Origin: Myxococcales bacterium
GTDB taxonomy: Bacteria > Myxococcota_A > Polyangia > Polyangiales > Polyangiaceae
DNA length: 64,000 nt
Direction: 5' to 3'
Assembly (NCBI GenBank): GCA_021847645.1
Contig: JAJZQG010000003.1
Span: forward strand, 26,775 to 90,774
The translations under genes and the position numbers were made by a program. The notes beneath the pieces were generated by a model. It saw only the letters and a list, made by a program, of their open reading frames with translations. It made no database searches and was not told the DNA's origin. Shown here piece after piece: positions 11,662 to 21,200 of the stretch (its first letter is position 1; each line of letters begins with the position of its first letter).

Positions 11662-12132
11662 CTACATGTGCTTGCTGATCACGCACATCTCAGGCTGGAC
11701 GAGGCGCGCGAAGTCGTCGAAGAACATCCGGATTGCCTCCATGTGAGACCCGGCGTTGAAAACGATCTCGTCTTCGTCCGCCAGGCTCCGATCGCACAGC
11801 ACCCGCATCCCGTACAGATTGCCGAACGGCGGCATGGCTCCCGGCTCGCACTCCGGGAACAGTTGCTGGAACTCCGTCTCGGTCGACAGCCGCACATCGG
11901 CGTTGTGGGTGGCGCGCGCCAGGTCCTCGAACTGCACGCGATGTGTCGCCGGCACCACCGCCATCAGGTTCTCGCGCCCCGCCTTGACCATCACGGTCTT
12001 GGCGAAGCACGCCCCCTTGACGTGCGCGCTCGCGGCAATCTCCTGCGACGTGGGCGCGACCGAGTGCACGATGGACACGTATTTCACATTCTCCCTATCG
12101 AGTAACGCCTTCAATCGCTGTGATATCGCCAT
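11662..12132 (-). CDS. YbaK/ProX-like aminoacyl-tRNA deacylase domain protein
   Basis: 156 aa: LKALLDRENVKYVSIVH...GACFAKTVMVKA...MPPFGNLYGM...IVFNAGSH resembles the tRNA_edit fold. Confidence 0.5.
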   Translation of the reverse strand: MAISQRLKALLDRENVKYVSIVHSVAPTSQEIAASAHVKGACFAKTVMVKAGRENLMAVVPATHRVQFEDLARATHNADVRLSTETEFQQLFPECEPGAMPPFGNLYGMRVLCDRSLADEDEIVFNAGSHMEAIRMFFDDFARLVQPEMCVISKHM

Positions 12133-12242
12133 GACCCACCCCCCTTCGTCTCCTTGACCGATTCCTTCTTTCGCTCACTCTCGGAGCGACTCGCAACGAT
12201 GAGCGGACCGACAGACGCTTGTTCGATCCCCGCCCGCGCCCC

Positions 12243-12749
12243 TCAACGTCGCCACGTCACTCGCACAAGATTCTCCTGCTGGACGTACTGCAGCTCGAGA
12301 TCTCCCTTGTAGGCGTGGCGCAACGTCTCGCCGAGGCCCCGCGCCAGGTGCGTGTCGGTGGTGGTGATCAGCGCGTGGTCGGCGGCCTGCGTGATGCTCA
12401 TGATTCGCTGCAGCGCGTGGTTCGCCTTGGCCTTGTCCGCCTCGTTGCGCACACAGCTCAGGATCTCCCCCACGTGCGCCGAGAAGAATGGCCCTTCCAG
12501 ACGCAGGAACCCCACGGGCATCCTGTCGTGCAGCCGTTGACATGCGGGACAACGCTCCTCCCGTGCGTTCTCTGCGTGCTCCGACCACTGCCATCGCCCG
12601 TCTTGAAACACCGCACCGCACCCGGGGCATCGGGTCGGCGCAGACGGCTTGCGCCGCATTCGGTAGCAGTCCGGATTGCGGTTCCCCAGGCGTCGGTTTC
12701 GACGCTGCTCGAGCCCCCCGGCGGTCGTGAGTTGCAGCGGCATGAGCAC
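12243..12749 (-). CDS. hypothetical protein with N-terminal CxxC...CxxC zinc ribbon
   Basis: CPGCGAVF...CPACQRL is followed by a conserved-looking domain (GPFFSAHVGEIL...ALITTTDTHLARGLGE). The start is uncertain; MRRKPSAPTRCPGCG is possible. Confidence 0.45.
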   Translation of the reverse strand: MLMPLQLTTAGGLEQRRNRRLGNRNPDCYRMRRKPSAPTRCPGCGAVFQDGRWQWSEHAENAREERCPACQRLHDRMPVGFLRLEGPFFSAHVGEILSCVRNEADKAKANHALQRIMSITQAADHALITTTDTHLARGLGETLRHAYKGDLELQYVQQENLVRVTWRR

Positions 12750-13174
12750 CCCCCTTTGTCATGGGGCCGTCCAAGGCCCCGAGCCCACTCCCGCGAACAT
12801 GGAAAGGGTAACGCCGCGAAAAGCAAAGGCCACCCCCAATGAGGCATGGTTCGCGCGCCGGGGTTCATCCTTGCCGCTTCCCTTGTTGCCGCAGCTGTCA
12901 CCGTCCCCGGCTTTCGAAACGCCGCGCGCCTCGGCCCGGATCCGAGTCGCCCGGATCGGGCAAGGACCAGGATGCGGGCAGTACCGATGACACGGATGAG
13001 GCCGGTGTCAGAGCCATTGCCGGGCTACGGCGCGATGATTGCGACGCCTTCGTCCGGGTCGGACGTCTGCTCGCGCTTGGAAGCTGTGCATGCGGCGGAT
13101 CGGCCGACCGGCGCGTGGGAGCCTTGGCCTGCGCCGGTGTCGACCATTGCGGTTGCCATCGTCGCGGGATGTCT

Positions 13175-13293
13175 TCAGGACTTGTCGCCCGCAACGGGCG
13201 CGTGCTTGTCGCGTTTCGGCACCAGGCCAATGAGCAGATTGGCCACTGCCGCCACGACGATCGCGCCGACCAGGATCTCGAAAATCACGGTCA
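13175..13293 (-). CDS. small hydrophobic membrane peptide (39 aa)
   Basis: MTVIFEILVGAIVVAAVANLLIGLVPKRDKHAPVAGDKS is preceded by the perfect SD GAGGGAGGGCatcATG. It lies in a region otherwise covered only by a doubtful + strand ORF. Confidence 0.5.
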
Positions 13294-13649
13294 TGATGCC
13301 CTCCCTCGTACTGCTCGCGGACCTTGACCCAGAATCGATCGTGCCGCCGCCCAGACGCCCCGTGCACCGTCGTCGCGTCGGTGCCCTGCCGAACAGCACG
13401 CTCGGATCGTATAGTGGATCGATATGTGTACAGTGTCCAGCAGCTTTCACGAGATGCGCCGGCAAAGCAATTGGCGCGCAGCGTCGTCGCGCCTGACGCG
13501 GAACGGGGGATCTCGCCGTGCTCGACGGAATGGCTATGTGGCAATCGTTCCGGTCGCCGCCGGCGCCCGAGGAGCCGCGCTGCCGTGGCGCGTGCAGGGA
13601 TCGACCGGCTGGACAGGCTTTGGGCTATGCTGCCTGTCGAGGTGTCCCC

Positions 13650-14114
13650 ATGCCCAAGTTCACCGGAGAGCAGGAAGAGACCTTCACCATCGACCTCCCC
13701 GCCGACAAGGTGTTGGAGCACTTCCTCGATCTCCGCAACATCACTGCCGCCTATGTTGGATTGCAGCGCTCGGAGACGATGGACCCACATACGCTCCGGC
13801 TCGTGCTCGAGCCCCAAAGCGCCCTGGGCACGACGTTCCAAGGCACGTACGTGTGCCGCTACACGAAGGCCTCCGATCGATCCATCACGTTCCGGTCGGT
13901 GGGCACGGGCGATAACATGGAGTCGGTGGGTGGCGCGGAGTTCGTCGCCGAAGGGCCCCATCGGACGCGCGTGACGTACCGCGATCGAATCACGTGTGAT
14001 ATTCCGATCAACCGCCTCCTCGCCAAGGCGCTCGCTCCTATCGTGGAGAGGAACATCCGAAGCGGCGTCAAGGCGTACGTGGCGCGCATGAAGGCGTCCC
14101 TCGAAAGGCAGTGA
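13650..14114 (+). CDS. SRPBCC (Bet v1/CoxG-like) family protein
   Basis: MPKFTGEQEETFTIDLPADKVLEHFLDL...; the size and pattern fit the polyketide-cyclase/CoxG-like fold. Confidence 0.55.
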   Translation: MPKFTGEQEETFTIDLPADKVLEHFLDLRNITAAYVGLQRSETMDPHTLRLVLEPQSALGTTFQGTYVCRYTKASDRSITFRSVGTGDNMESVGGAEFVAEGPHRTRVTYRDRITCDIPINRLLAKALAPIVERNIRSGVKAYVARMKASLERQ

Positions 14115-14172
14115 GTGCGGAGAGGCGATTCGAGCCGCGAGCGTAGGGGCAGCAGCCCGCGGGCCGGCGGGT

Positions 14173-14991
14173 TCATGGCTCGGGCGGCATCAGGGTGTCG
14201 AGACGGCCCACCCGGTCGCCCAGCATCTTTTCCATGACCTTGCGCACGTCGTGGTGCGTGCGTTGCGACAGCAGGGTGATGTCCAGCGCGATCTGGCTGG
14301 TGGCCACCTCCGCGACGGGCACGGTCTCGCTGAGCACGCCGTGATCGTGGTCGGTGTTTTCGGTCGAGGCGATCAGCGTGCGCTTGTCGTCGGCCACGAT
14401 GATGAGGCGGTGTTTCCAGAAGGCTTCCAGGTCGGTCTCGCGCAGGCCGTAGCTGAACACGTTGCCCGGCAGCTTCGGCAGCGCGGAGTGCGAGAACATC
14501 ACCAGGAACGCCCCTCGCTTGTAGGCCTTGCGGACCTCGGCGGCCAGCTTGGCGACCTCTCGCGGCCAACCCGAGATGATCAGCCGCGACTCGGCTCCCG
14601 CCACCAGCCGCTCTGCTTCCTCCAAGATCCGCGCGTAGCCGCGAACGCTGTAGGCGTCCGGCGCGATCGGCGCCACGTCGATCCGGCTCACGGACTCCTC
14701 GAACTTGGACGCGGTCTGGTCGAACCTCTTCCTGAGCAGCGCCAGCACGTGGTCCGCGGGGACGGCTGCGAACCGCTCGGGCGTGCCTGCGACCGACCTG
14801 GCCAGCCCTTCGGCTACCAGGCCTCTCAATACCCCGTACACCGCAGAGCGCGGAATCTTGGCCCTGGCCCCTACCTCGTAGCCCGTGGCCGGGCTCTCGC
14901 GCAGCAACGCATGATACGCCCGTGAGGCATTCAGGCTGAATCCCAGCGCGGTCAGCGCAGTCACAACCTCCGGCTCGGCCATTCCATGCAC
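14173..14991 (-). CDS. TrmB-family sugar-responsive transcriptional regulator
   Basis: N-terminal wHTH LTALGFSLNASRAYHALLRESPATGYEVGARAKIPRSAVYGVLRGLVAEGL, followed by a C-terminal effector domain. Confidence 0.75.
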   Translation of the reverse strand: MHGMAEPEVVTALTALGFSLNASRAYHALLRESPATGYEVGARAKIPRSAVYGVLRGLVAEGLARSVAGTPERFAAVPADHVLALLRKRFDQTASKFEESVSRIDVAPIAPDAYSVRGYARILEEAERLVAGAESRLIISGWPREVAKLAAEVRKAYKRGAFLVMFSHSALPKLPGNVFSYGLRETDLEAFWKHRLIIVADDKRTLIASTENTDHDHGVLSETVPVAEVATSQIALDITLLSQRTHHDVRKVMEKMLGDRVGRLDTLMPPEP

Positions 14992-15004
14992 TCCTTGTCT
15001 CTCC

Positions 15005-15020
15005 GCCGGGAGCTCCCGGC
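15005..15020. promoter_or_regulatory. perfect 16-bp palindrome GCCGGGAGCTCCCGGC upstream of the trmB start
   Basis: Seen directly. It lies 14 nt upstream of the GTG (14991) and downstream of the stop of the secreted-protein gene (15143). Confidence 0.3.
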
Positions 15021-15142
15021 CGGTTACGGCGCATGACCCTACAGGCCGACGCTTCGGCGCGCAAGACGCAACTCCGGGATGCGTTCCGGTTCGCGGGGCT
15101 GCGATCAGGGAAGGAAGGCGCGACGCGGCAGGCGTCAGCGTT

Positions 15143-16924
15143 TCATGGAGACCCGTTGCCGCTGGGCATGTCCACGAACGTCACGCCGCTGCTGCCCCAC
15201 TCGAACACGTTCACCATGCCGCAGCGCCCGAAGTGATTGTTCGACGGATAGGGGGTCTCGACCTGCTTGAGGTCCGGCTCCCATCCGGGCCCGTTCGAGA
15301 TGTACGCCTTGATCTCGAACCACCGGTTGCCGTTAGAGTCGGCGTAGGCGCGCGAGCAGTCCATGTCCACATCGAGCATCCAGTAGTGCATGCCGTACGT
15401 GTTCAACGGCTCGAGCCCGTAGCCGTCGAGGGCGACGGTCTTCTGCGGCCCGTAGTCCTCCGGCCACACGTTGGTGGTCCAGTCCGACGGCGATCCCTGG
15501 GCGAGCAGGCCCGAGGAGACCCCTAGCTGCGTGGGCTCGTGCCCATACCAGTCCAGGTACCGGTCTCCGGGCTTCCACGGCGCCGTCGTCGGGTTCTTCA
15601 GGTTGCGGTGCACGATCGGAATCGCGCACTTGTAGTTGGGAGTCGAATCCCCGTTGGTGCACTGCACGCCGCGCTGCGCTGCAGCGTCGTGATCGATGCC
15701 GCCCCGCAGGAACATGTCCTGGCCCGGCTGCGTCTCGGCCTTGAGGAACACCACCGTGCGCTCCAGGTTCGGATTGGCCTCCGCACCCTCCACGCCGATA
15801 TCGAAGTTGCTCCCAGCGCCTTGCGGGTTGTCCCAGCGCTCCGCCACCAGCAGCCGCTGCCCTTGCTGATACCACTGCTCCGTCACCGACCCGTATCGCG
15901 TGTAGTCCACCACCAGCCACGTCTTGACGTGGTAGTAGACCTGCATCTTGCGCGCTTGGGAAGGTACTGCCACCTTCGACTCGAACACCTTGCGGTACGG
16001 CTCCGGCGCAAACACCGAGGCCGCCGTCGGCGTCATCTCCACCTCCGAACGCCAGCCCTGCTGGTCGTCGAAGTACACGCCCATCGTCACCTCGTGCACG
16101 AGGTCGCCGTAGATGGGCTGAATCGCCTGCCCGAACCGCGTGTAGGTCTGCGCCTTGCCGATTGTCCGATCGATGGCCGACGCGTTCACCAGGGTGTCTG
16201 CACGGTATTCGGTGTAGCCGAACAGCACGTCCGCGCCCGCGACGGGCCCTCCGCCCTCGATGACGCGGTTGCGGAAGTTCGGGCCGTCGCTGTCGAACAG
16301 CACGGCCTTGTCCGGCAGGTCCCCGCCGAATACCGCGATCGGGCGGATCACCGACGCATCCACCGACGCGGTCGCCGCCGCGTCCCCACCGTCGGAGTAC
16401 GCCACGGCGAAGCGGATCTGATCCACGCCCGCGGGTACCACGAACGAGTCGGTCTTCGCGTACAGAGCCCAGTAGGCGTCCCCGGTCCACGACGAAGTCG
16501 ACAACGTTGCGGAGCCGACCTGCGCGCCGTTCTGGTAGTAGAGCGCCGTGACCGTCATCTTGGTCTGCATGACGCGGTCGAGCGCGGGCTCCTCCCATTG
16601 GTCCGGATGCAGCGCCTGCCACAGCTGGTAGGCCGGCACCGACAGAGTCAGCGTCTCGCCACTGCGCACGAACTCGTCCGTGGTCGAGTCCGTCAGCATG
16701 CACTCCATCTGGTAGTCGCCCCAGGTGCTCGTCAGGTTCAGCACCGCGCTGCCCGGATCCGTCACCGAGTACGCGCTCGAGGCCGAGCCGAGCTCGACGT
16801 CGTGCTGGTCGGCGACCGCCTCCGTGGCGCTGGCGCCGCAGCCCACCGCGGCCTGTCCCGCCAGAAGTACGTTCGAAGCGGTGATGACCACCGCGCCCAT
16901 CCTGCGTGCCTTCACCTTCAACAC
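15143..16924 (-). CDS. large secreted hypothetical protein
   Basis: N-terminal signal [24 protein letters not shown]; 593 aa; high GC3; no motif recognised. Confidence 0.65.
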   Translation of the reverse strand: MLKVKARRMGAVVITASNVLLAGQAAVGCGASATEAVADQHDVELGSASSAYSVTDPGSAVLNLTSTWGDYQMECMLTDSTTDEFVRSGETLTLSVPAYQLWQALHPDQWEEPALDRVMQTKMTVTALYYQNGAQVGSATLSTSSWTGDAYWALYAKTDSFVVPAGVDQIRFAVAYSDGGDAAATASVDASVIRPIAVFGGDLPDKAVLFDSDGPNFRNRVIEGGGPVAGADVLFGYTEYRADTLVNASAIDRTIGKAQTYTRFGQAIQPIYGDLVHEVTMGVYFDDQQGWRSEVEMTPTAASVFAPEPYRKVFESKVAVPSQARKMQVYYHVKTWLVVDYTRYGSVTEQWYQQGQRLLVAERWDNPQGAGSNFDIGVEGAEANPNLERTVVFLKAETQPGQDMFLRGGIDHDAAAQRGVQCTNGDSTPNYKCAIPIVHRNLKNPTTAPWKPGDRYLDWYGHEPTQLGVSSGLLAQGSPSDWTTNVWPEDYGPQKTVALDGYGLEPLNTYGMHYWMLDVDMDCSRAYADSNGNRWFEIKAYISNGPGWEPDLKQVETPYPSNNHFGRCGMVNVFEWGSSGVTFVDMPSGNGSP

Positions 16925-16950
16925 GGTCGGCCTCCTTGAGGGCGGTCAGC

Positions 16951-16970
16951 GTGACTCAGTGCTGAGTTAC
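16951..16970. promoter_or_regulatory. near-perfect 20-bp palindrome GTGACTCAGTGCTGAGTTAC in a divergent promoter region
   Basis: The arms ACTCAG/CTGAGT are perfect. It lies between the divergently oriented secreted-protein gene (start 16924) and the PI-PLC-like gene (start 17088). Confidence 0.35.
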
Positions 16971-17087
16971 AACTTGTAGGACAAGGTGGGGCGCCTGACA
17001 ACCAAAATCGACCGCGCGCCTCCCCGCCCGGATCAGGCTCCACACGTCGCACCGTACAATCCACACTGGCCGCGGTATCGTTCACGC

Positions 17088-18125
17088 ATGCCCGTCCTGC
17101 GCTCCGCCCTCGCATCGCTCGCGCTCTGCTTCCCATTGGCCATCGCCGCATGCGGCGCCAGCGACGCGACCGGGCAGTCGGTTGACGACCAGCCGGTCTT
17201 TCCCTATCCCCTGGACGACACGCTGCGTTTTCAGGACGTGCAGAGCAAGTCCACGCACAACAGCTATCACGTCGAGACTCCGGGCAACGAAGTCGGCGAT
17301 TGGCACTACTCCCACGTGCCGCTCGACCGACAGCTCGGCGAACAGGGCGTGCGCCACATCGAGCTCGATCTGCACTACAACGCAACCGACGCCGTCTTCG
17401 AGGTCTATCACCTCAAGTATCTCGACGAGCAGTCCACCTGCCACCTGTTCACGGAGTGCCTGTCCGTCGTCAAGGGCTGGTCGGACCAGCACCGGGCGCA
17501 CCAGCCCATCGTGATCCAGCTCGAGCCCAAGGACGCCGTTCCCGACGACATCGAAGCGTGGTTCGCCGCGCTGCACGCCGAGATCACGTCGGTATGGCCG
17601 ATGTCGCGGCTCATCACGCCCGCCTTCGTGCAGGGCAGTCATGCGACATTGGGCGAGGCGATTCGGCAGGACGGGTGGCCCACGCTCGGCCGGCTTCGCG
17701 GGCGGGTGATGTTCACACTCGACAATAGCGCCGAGTTCCGCGACGCGTATACGCACGGCGGACAGAGTCTGGACGGGCGCCTCATCTTTGCCGATTCGTC
17801 GCCGGGGGATCCGTATGCCGCCATCGCGATCCTGAACGACCCGGTGGGAGGCGCTGCCGCCATCGCGGATGCCTTGGCGGCGCACATGCTCGTGCGCACG
17901 CGCGCGGACTCGTCTCCAGCGGATGTCCTTGCAGGCAAGGGCGACCATCGGGCGGCCGCCCTGGCGAGCGGGGCGCAGTTCGTCAGCACCGACTTCCCGG
18001 CTCCCGTGCCCGGCGTGGACTATTGGCTGGACATTCCGGGAGGCACACCCTCGCGGTGCAATCCCGTCACCGCGCCGCCGGAGTGCACGTCGGAGGCCAT
18101 CGAGGACCCGAAGTTCGTCCGGTGA
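17088..18125 (+). CDS. lipoprotein with PI-PLC X-domain-like (Ca-dependent phosphoinositide-specific phospholipase C-like) phosphodiesterase fold
   Basis: Lipobox LAIAACG. The catalytic-His motif KSTHNSYH is present. The stop is 84 nt upstream of the GH13-rSAM ORF on the same strand. Confidence 0.65.
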   Translation: MPVLRSALASLALCFPLAIAACGASDATGQSVDDQPVFPYPLDDTLRFQDVQSKSTHNSYHVETPGNEVGDWHYSHVPLDRQLGEQGVRHIELDLHYNATDAVFEVYHLKYLDEQSTCHLFTECLSVVKGWSDQHRAHQPIVIQLEPKDAVPDDIEAWFAALHAEITSVWPMSRLITPAFVQGSHATLGEAIRQDGWPTLGRLRGRVMFTLDNSAEFRDAYTHGGQSLDGRLIFADSSPGDPYAAIAILNDPVGGAAAIADALAAHMLVRTRADSSPADVLAGKGDHRAAALASGAQFVSTDFPAPVPGVDYWLDIPGGTPSRCNPVTAPPECTSEAIEDPKFVR

Positions 18126-18209
18126 AGCCGACTCCCCGGCCGTCCAGCGTCACGCCGAATTCGCACCCTGTCGGCGGTCGATTCCGCGCCGTGCTATGAA
18201 TGCCCCGAC

Positions 18210-21200
18210 GTGCACCGCTTCGGCCACCCGCCCCAGCCGCTCGCAGGCTCACCGACCCGACGGATCGTGCTCGAAGTGCGCCTCGAGCGGCCGGCCCAGC
18301 GCGTCGAGCTGTTCGGCGAGATGGGAGACTGGCTCACGCCCAGACTCCTCGACGGTGACGGCATTACGTTCGGCACCTCGCTCGACCTACCCGATGGTGT
18401 CTATGCCTACAAGCTTCGGGTCGACGGTACGTGGCAGATCGATCCGGACAACCCGCGTACGCGCTCGTCGCGAGGCGAACGCAACAGCCTGCTGGTGGTG
18501 GGCGGAACGCCCGAGCCGATCGTCTTTGCGCCGACCCTGCCGTTCGTCTTCGTGGACGAGAGCGGCTTTCTTCAAGTAACGGCAGGGCTCCGCAAGAGTG
18601 CGGGGGACACGCTCGGCGTGCGGTGGGCCGAAGACGCGGACACGGCCGAGCATCTGAGCGCGATGTCCTGCCTCGCGGAAGAAGACGAGCACCGCGTGAT
18701 GCGAGCGGCGATTCCCGCCTCCACGCCGAACGTGCACATCAGGTTCGAGCTGGCCGACGGCACGCTTGTCGGGCACGGCGATGCCGCGGAGCCGTTCGTG
18801 GCGCGGCGCGAGCCGGCGCCCTGGCCGTCGTGGTGGCCCGAAGCCGTGCTGTACGCGATATTCGTGGACCGGTTCAGGCCATCGGCGGATCGCGCCGACT
18901 GGGAGCGCAACCCGGGAATCGACGTCGCCGCGGGAGGGCACCTGGACGGGATCCGTCGTTCGCTCGGCGAGCTTGGGGAGCTGGGCGTGACGGTGCTGTA
19001 CCTGACACCGGTTCACGTCGCCGCGACCTGCCACCGCTACGACGTAGTCGATCCGTTCCGCGTCGACCCGGCGATCGGCGGGGAAGAGTCGTTCCGAGCC
19101 CTGCTCGACGAAGCGCACGGCATGGGCATGCGCGTGCTGCTGGACCTGTCCTTTGCACACGCGGGCCGCGGCTTCCCGCCGTTCGAGGACGTACTCTCGC
19201 ACGGCCGCGACTCCCGCTTTGCGGGGTGGTTCCAGTGGAGCGACGGCGAGCCGCCCGCGCTGCGGCACTACGGCAAGCGCGCGGACGCTCCCCTGTTCGA
19301 CCTGGATCACGCCGACGTGCGGGCCATGGTCGTCGACGCGGCGAGGCATTGGGCGCGGCTGGGCGTGGACGGGCTGCGGCTCGATGCCGCGGCCGAGGTG
19401 CCGCACGAGCTGGCTCGCGAGGTCAATGGCGCATTCAAGGAGTTGCGCCGGGACGGCATCGTGCTCGGCGAGGTCGTGCCCGCGCACGCTTGGCGGTGGC
19501 GCCAGGAGCGCTCCGTGGATGTCGCCTATGACTTCGGCTTCCAGTCGGCCGTGGCAGACTATGCCGCAAGCCGGACCATCGACGCGGCCGAGGCCGCGCG
19601 GCGCCTGCTGGCCGGATCGCTGGCCCGGGGCGGGCCCGAAACGGCGTCGCTGCGCTTCCTGTCCACCCACGACCACGCGCGTTTCGCCACGATCGCGCGC
19701 CTGCACCACGACCCGTCGCGTGTTCCGCTCGGGCTTCTGCTGCTGGCGGCCAGCCCCGGCGTGCCCGGCCTGCTGTACGGCGAGGAGGTCGGCCTGGCTG
19801 CGGATGTCCTGGAGCTCCTGCCTGAGCACGCATGGCAGGATCGGGCCCCCATGCCCTGGGATCGGACCCGGCGCAACGAGCAGTTGCGCACGCTCGTGCG
19901 TCGGTTGCTGTCGCTCCGCAAGAGCACGAGGGCGTTGCTTCGAGGCGATGCCGCCGTCGTCTTTGCGGAAGGCCCCTGGCTCGTGATGCGCCGCGAGGCG
20001 GCGGCACAGGCTGTCGACGTGGCCGTCAATGCCTCGGACGAGCCGGTGGAGCTGGACCTCGAAGACGACCGCCTCGAGGTGATCGAGCCGCTGGTGCAGG
20101 TGGGACAGGTTCGCGTGAACGGCCAGTCGGTCACACTAGGTGCCAATTCGGGGCTCATCGCCCGGCGCTCCGTCGCGCACGCGGCCGCGCGGGCTCGGAG
20201 GCAGTTTGACGCAAACGTATCGATGGCTGAGTCCGAGTTTCGCGCCGGCGCCTGCGGCGTGCGGAGCCGTCCCCGGCGGCTGGACTTCTCGCTCACGGAG
20301 CGCTGCAACCTGCGATGCCGTCACTGCATCAACGACTCCCCCGCGAGGACCGAGCGCCGCAGCGCGAGGAGCATGACCGAGGGCGTGCTCGATCGCCTCC
20401 GAGGGGATCTGGCGTTTGCCGATTACTTCGGATTCGTCCATGGTGGGGAGTCGCTCACCTCGCCGCTTTTCTTCGAGCTGCTGGCGGCCATCCGGACGGA
20501 GAAGCGCGGCATGCCCTACGTGGTCCACCTGCTGTCCAACGGGATGATGCTCACGGCCGAGGCTGCGCGCAGGTTCGCCGAGCTCGGTGGCAGCTCCGTC
20601 TCGGTGTCTCTCGACGGTGCCACCGCGGCGACCAACGACGCCGTCCGCGCCGGCGCCCGGTTCGATACCGTCGTTGCCAATCTGCGTGAAGTCGTACGGA
20701 TGCGGCGAGAAACGAAGGCCGATCTGCGCATCGGGATCTCTTGCGTGGTGCTGCGCCGCAATCTGGGCGAGCTGGGCGCGCTGGTCGACCTGGCCGCGGA
20801 GGTGGGACTCGATTGGGTCAAGCTCGAGGAGTTGGTGGACAAGAGCGAATTCGCGCACGGCGAGCTTCCGGAAGAGGCGGCAACGCGACAGGCCGTGGCT
20901 CGCGCGATCGAGCACGGCAGGGGCCGTGGGCTGGTGATGGTCGAACACGTGTTCCCATCGCCGGTGTGGCGATGCCAGCTCGACGAGCACCCCGGGGCGC
21001 GGGAGTTCCTGGAGGCGGACGAGTTCGCCAATCGGAGCCGAATCGACCCGTGTCGAGCGCCGTGGGAGCTGGCGTGCATCGCTCCGAACGGCGACGTGCG
21101 CATGGCGGACTTCTGGGGACCGGTGCTGGGCAACGTGGTGGAATCGTCCCTGCAGGCCGTCTGGTCGGGCGAGGCCGCCCGAGCGGAGCGGGAGCGCGCG

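Noticed and set aside
9500-12105. long ORFs 9500..10963(-) and 10042..12105(+)
   Set aside because: They are reverse or alternative frames of the real genes 8873..10303, 10429..10987, 11014..11589 and 11662..12132.
12846-13496. 216-aa + strand ORF
   Set aside because: It has no coding periodicity or motif. The SD-preceded 39-aa peptide on the opposite strand is preferred for this interval.
15333-16939. alternative-frame ORFs (15333..16703 - and 15539..16939 +) over the secreted-protein gene
   Set aside because: They are Arg/Gly-rich and low-complexity. The 15143..16924 frame has the signal peptide and protein-like composition.
18387-19829. 480-aa minus-strand ORF
   Set aside because: It is antisense to the GH13 catalytic domain and has no coding features.
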